NCBI GenBank assembly: GCA_963796275.1
Contig: CAWCKY010000007.1
Coordinates: 512,001 to 576,000 of the forward strand
Direction: 5' to 3'
Length of the DNA: 64,000 nucleotides
DNA from: an uncultured Acidobacteriota bacterium
GTDB taxonomy: Bacteria; Acidobacteriota; Blastocatellia; RBC074
This document shows positions 59,627-64,000 of this stretch, in pieces. The position numbers were made by a program, and so were the translations under genes. Positions within the stretch are counted from its first letter, which is position 1. Each line of letters starts with the position of its first letter. The notes under the pieces were generated by a model. It was given only the letters and a program-made list of their open reading frames with translations, did no database searches and was not told where the DNA came from.

Positions 59627-59661
59627 GAAAGTTGAAAGTTGAAAGTTGAAAGTTGAAAGTT
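59627..59661. repeat. (GAAAGTT)5 heptamer repeat
   Basis: Five exact copies in the boxC leader. Confidence 0.9.
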
Positions 59662-59744
59662 GATTGATAGACGATAGTGAGCTGTGAGCAGTGCGTGCTA
59701 GATGGAGAAGCAGATCACCGCGGTAACAACAAAAAGGGGCTCTT

Positions 59745-61388
59745 ATGATCGATTTTCAGACTGCGCCGGAGCATTACCGTCACTGGAAGCTGACGGTCGA
59801 TGGCGCCGTCGCGACGCTGGCGATGGACGTGCAGGAAGAACAAACGCTCGGGCCGGGATACAAGCTGAAACTTAACTCCTACGACCTCGGAGTCGACATT
59901 GAACTTGCCGATGCCATCGAGCGGCTGCGTTTTGAGCACCCTCAGGTCGGAGTCGTCGTCGTCACCAGCCTCAAACCGCGAATCTTCTGCGCCGGGGCTA
60001 ACATATATATGTTAGGCAGTTCGTCTCACGCCGCGAAGGTCAACTTCTGCAAGTTTACCAATGAGACGCGCTGTGCGATTGAAGACGATTCGCGCCATTC
60101 GGGGCGGCGCTATATCGCGGCTCTCAATGGAACCGCATCGGGTGGCGGATACGAACTGGCAATCGCCTGCGATGAAATCTATCTAGTTGACGACGGCTAC
60201 GCGGCCGTTTCGCTGCCGGAGATCCCGCTGCTCGGCGTCCTTCCGGGGACTGGCGGATTGACCCGGCTTGTCGATAAACGCCGGGTGCGGCGCGACCGCG
60301 CTGATGTTTTCTCGACCATCGCTGAGGGGGTGCGTGGCAAGCGTGCGAAAGACTGGGGATTGATCGAGGATTGTTTCCCAACTACGAAGTTCCAGGATGC
60401 AATTGCGGCGCGATCGCGGGAGATCATCGCGCAAAATAGAATCCAGTCGGGCGACACAAGCGGGCTGCAGGGCATTCGGCTCAACCCGCTCGAGGTCGAT
60501 GTTACGCCTGATACGCGCGCGTACAGATACGTCAGCCTGCGTCTCAATCGCGATCGGCGATATGCGGACTTAACAGTGCGAGGGCCCGAAGACGGTCTCC
60601 CCGCCGAACCTTCCGAGATTCAGCGCATGGGCGACGCCTGGTGGCCGATCCGAGCCTTCCGTGAACTCGATAATGCGCTGCTGCACCTGCGCGTCAATGA
60701 ACCGGAGATAGGTCTGGTCTGCCTGCGGACGGAAGGCGACATCGGCAGCGCCCTCGCAATTGATTCGACTCTGAAAATGCGGTCTGATTTCTGGCTGGTT
60801 CGCGAAACCGTACTGCTGATGGCGCGTGTGTTGCGCAGGCTCGACCTGACGGCCAAAAGTTTCTTTGCCATGATAGAACCGGGAAGTTGTTTCGCCGGCA
60901 GTCTGTTGGAACTTGCGCTCGCGGCCGACCGCAGCTATATGCTCAATGATCCGAAACAGTCGAATGAACTGGCGATCAGCGATCTCAATATCTCCGGCTT
61001 TCCGATGAGCAATGGCCTGACGCGCCTGCAATCGCGCTTCTTCTCGGATCCGCGAAAGATCGCCGAGGTAGCCGAACATCAAGGCCGGTTTGATCCGGTT
61101 GCGGCTGATGACGTCGGTCTCATCACCCTAGCACCCGATGATCTGGATTGGGATGACGAAATTCGCCTGGCCATTGAAGAACGGACCGCGCTTTCGCCCG
61201 ATGCGCTGACCGGAATGGAAGCTTCGCTGCGATTTGTCGGCCCTGAGACGCCCGAGACCAAAATTTTTGGCCGTTTGACCGCCTGGCAAAATTGGATCTT
61301 TCAGCGCCCCAATGCCATCGGTGAACAGGGCGCGCTCACAAATTATGGTAAGCCGACGCAGCCTAAATTTGACTACCGGAGAACCTAG
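59745..61388 (+). CDS. boxC: 2,3-epoxybenzoyl-CoA dihydrolase
   Basis: KLNSYDLGVDIELADA, FCAGANI, KVNFCKFTNETR, GGGYELA, LPGTGG, WQNWIFQRPNA. Confidence 0.95.
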   Translation: MIDFQTAPEHYRHWKLTVDGAVATLAMDVQEEQTLGPGYKLKLNSYDLGVDIELADAIERLRFEHPQVGVVVVTSLKPRIFCAGANIYMLGSSSHAAKVNFCKFTNETRCAIEDDSRHSGRRYIAALNGTASGGGYELAIACDEIYLVDDGYAAVSLPEIPLLGVLPGTGGLTRLVDKRRVRRDRADVFSTIAEGVRGKRAKDWGLIEDCFPTTKFQDAIAARSREIIAQNRIQSGDTSGLQGIRLNPLEVDVTPDTRAYRYVSLRLNRDRRYADLTVRGPEDGLPAEPSEIQRMGDAWWPIRAFRELDNALLHLRVNEPEIGLVCLRTEGDIGSALAIDSTLKMRSDFWLVRETVLLMARVLRRLDLTAKSFFAMIEPGSCFAGSLLELALAADRSYMLNDPKQSNELAISDLNISGFPMSNGLTRLQSRFFSDPRKIAEVAEHQGRFDPVAADDVGLITLAPDDLDWDDEIRLAIEERTALSPDALTGMEASLRFVGPETPETKIFGRLTAWQNWIFQRPNAIGEQGALTNYGKPTQPKFDYRRT

Positions 61389-61393
61389 AAGAG

Positions 61394-61476
61394 AATGGAT
61401 AATGGATAATGGTCAGTTATCGACAACAACCACTATCAACTATCAACTATCAACTATCAACTTTGAATTATGAATT

Positions 61477-61483
<7 letters not shown>
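61394..61483. repeat. Mixed heptamer arrays (AATGGAT)n, (CTATCAA)4, (TGAATTA)n
   Basis: They fill the boxC-boxB spacer; the boxB ATG lies inside the last array. Confidence 0.85.
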
Positions 61484-62883
<1,400 letters not shown>

Positions 62884-62925
62884 TATTTCGGAATATAAAT
62901 CTCATCGCACTATTCCGCTAATTGT

Positions 62926-63513
62926 CTATTGCCGGGTCCAGATGAAACCCAGGTTCACCCGGACGGGCCGATCCTTACCAAATGAATTGAGAACCTCAAT
63001 ATATGGTGCGGGGCCGCCCGGTCCTCCCAAAGGCCTGCTGTGAGAAGTACCGCTAAAAGCCGTGTCCGACGGGTCTTCCGCTCCCTGACGGCGCTGTCCC
63101 AGGCGACGCTGATACCATTCTTCGATCTTGATCATATCGATGTCCCATTCCCGGCCCAATCGCATCGCGAGCCGATACGCTTCGTCGGTGGTGGCCGCTG
63201 CGTAGAAGAGGTCCATGCTCCGAATGACTTCACCTTCACGGCGGCACATGACCGTCCGCACATTGGCCTCCAGTATTTTATTCTCCGGTAACCTTACTTT
63301 GATTCGCACTCCGCCTTCCAGGGAGAAGGCGGTTGAATCAGTAGGCCATTTCACGTCCCAGGTCGTGTGCCCGCTGCTGAGGTCCCAGTCAAGGAGCTCC
63401 TTCGGCTGGGATCCTGAGAACGGGTTGCATGCGATCGAGAGCGTTACTGCCAGGACGGCTGCGCACAATTTGTAAACATAACCGGTTTGGCTTTGCGTCA
63501 ACTTACCCATCAT
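62926..63513 (-). CDS. Hypothetical lipoprotein
   Basis: Lipobox-like LSIAC after a hydrophobic stretch; starts 6 bp after the GH51 stop. Confidence 0.6.
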   Translation of the reverse strand: MMGKLTQSQTGYVYKLCAAVLAVTLSIACNPFSGSQPKELLDWDLSSGHTTWDVKWPTDSTAFSLEGGVRIKVRLPENKILEANVRTVMCRREGEVIRSMDLFYAAATTDEAYRLAMRLGREWDIDMIKIEEWYQRRLGQRRQGAEDPSDTAFSGTSHSRPLGGPGGPAPYIEVLNSFGKDRPVRVNLGFIWTRQ

Positions 63514-63519
63514 TTACGT

Positions 63520-64000
63520 CTACGCCAGGGTAATCTGCAAACGCGTAACCGACGCCGGCGCAAAACTGCATGTCGCCGTGCCGTCTACTCTCACCGCCGC
63601 CTTTCCATCTTTCGGCTCGATATTGCGCGGGTTTTCGAAACTGTTATGCGCGCGCATATCGCCGGCCGATAACACCGTCACCTTGACCTCCTTGATCGCA
63701 GCGCCGCGCAGCGCGATCTCGGTCTCGCGCGACTGGTTCAGATTCCGGATTGGTGACGGTCAATGTCAATTGGCGGTCTTTCCTCGATGCCGAGCCCGCC
63801 AGACCGCGGATCGTCGCGAGTTTGCCGTTTCGCGTGTATGAAGTACGAGGCCCGGAGCAGACGGTTCGCACCGACTCGCCGCTCTGGTGCGCCGCGTACA
63901 TATCGAACACGTGATAGGTGGGCGTCAGGACGAACTTGTCTTCGTGCGCCAGGAAGAGCGACTGCAGGCAATTGACGAGCTGCGCGATATTGGCCATCGC
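63520..64000 (-). CDS. GH51 alpha-L-arabinofuranosidase, C-terminal part (partial, +1 frameshift near 63744)
   Basis: [13 protein letters not shown]...[11 protein letters not shown]; removing one A gives TVTNPDLNQSRET...AHNSFENP...[14 protein letters not shown] then TAG at 63520-63522. Confidence 0.85.

Overview
A GC-rich bacterial chromosomal window, most likely Acidobacteriota (inferred from five Oar-like TonB-dependent receptors with N-terminal carboxypeptidase-regulatory-like domains, a DUF1592/DUF1552/ankyrin triad and the style of intergenic repeats). No rRNA, tRNA, CRISPR array, transposase or prophage gene is visible. Left part: TonB receptors bracketing a periplasmic c-type cytochrome DUF1592-DUF1552-ankyrin cassette, an orphan ~760 aa protein with a split JAB/JAMM-like motif, housekeeping and hydrolase genes, a GH10 xylanase and a stand-alone cox II/I pair. 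Right part (about 38.8-62.9 kb): an aromatic-catabolism neighbourhood in which 4-hydroxybenzoyl-CoA reductase-like genes (fused hcrC-hcrA plus hcrB) are divergent from benzoyl-CoA epoxidase genes boxC-boxB around a TGCA-N6-TGCA operator. A BoxR/BzdR-type regulator, a 2,4'-dihydroxyacetophenone dioxygenase-like cupin, a quinohemoprotein ADH, a CoA ligase, a thioesterase and transporters lie nearby, but there is no boxA. Many intergenic spacers hold inverted arrays of 7-mers or 9-mers, or REP-like palindromes. One 7-mer inverted array encloses a four-helix-bundle (IVS/Avd-like) gene inserted antisense inside the hcr operon, and empty copies of the same array occur elsewhere. Several single-base frameshifts may be long-read errors. 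All family calls are from motif recognition by eye; no database searches were run.
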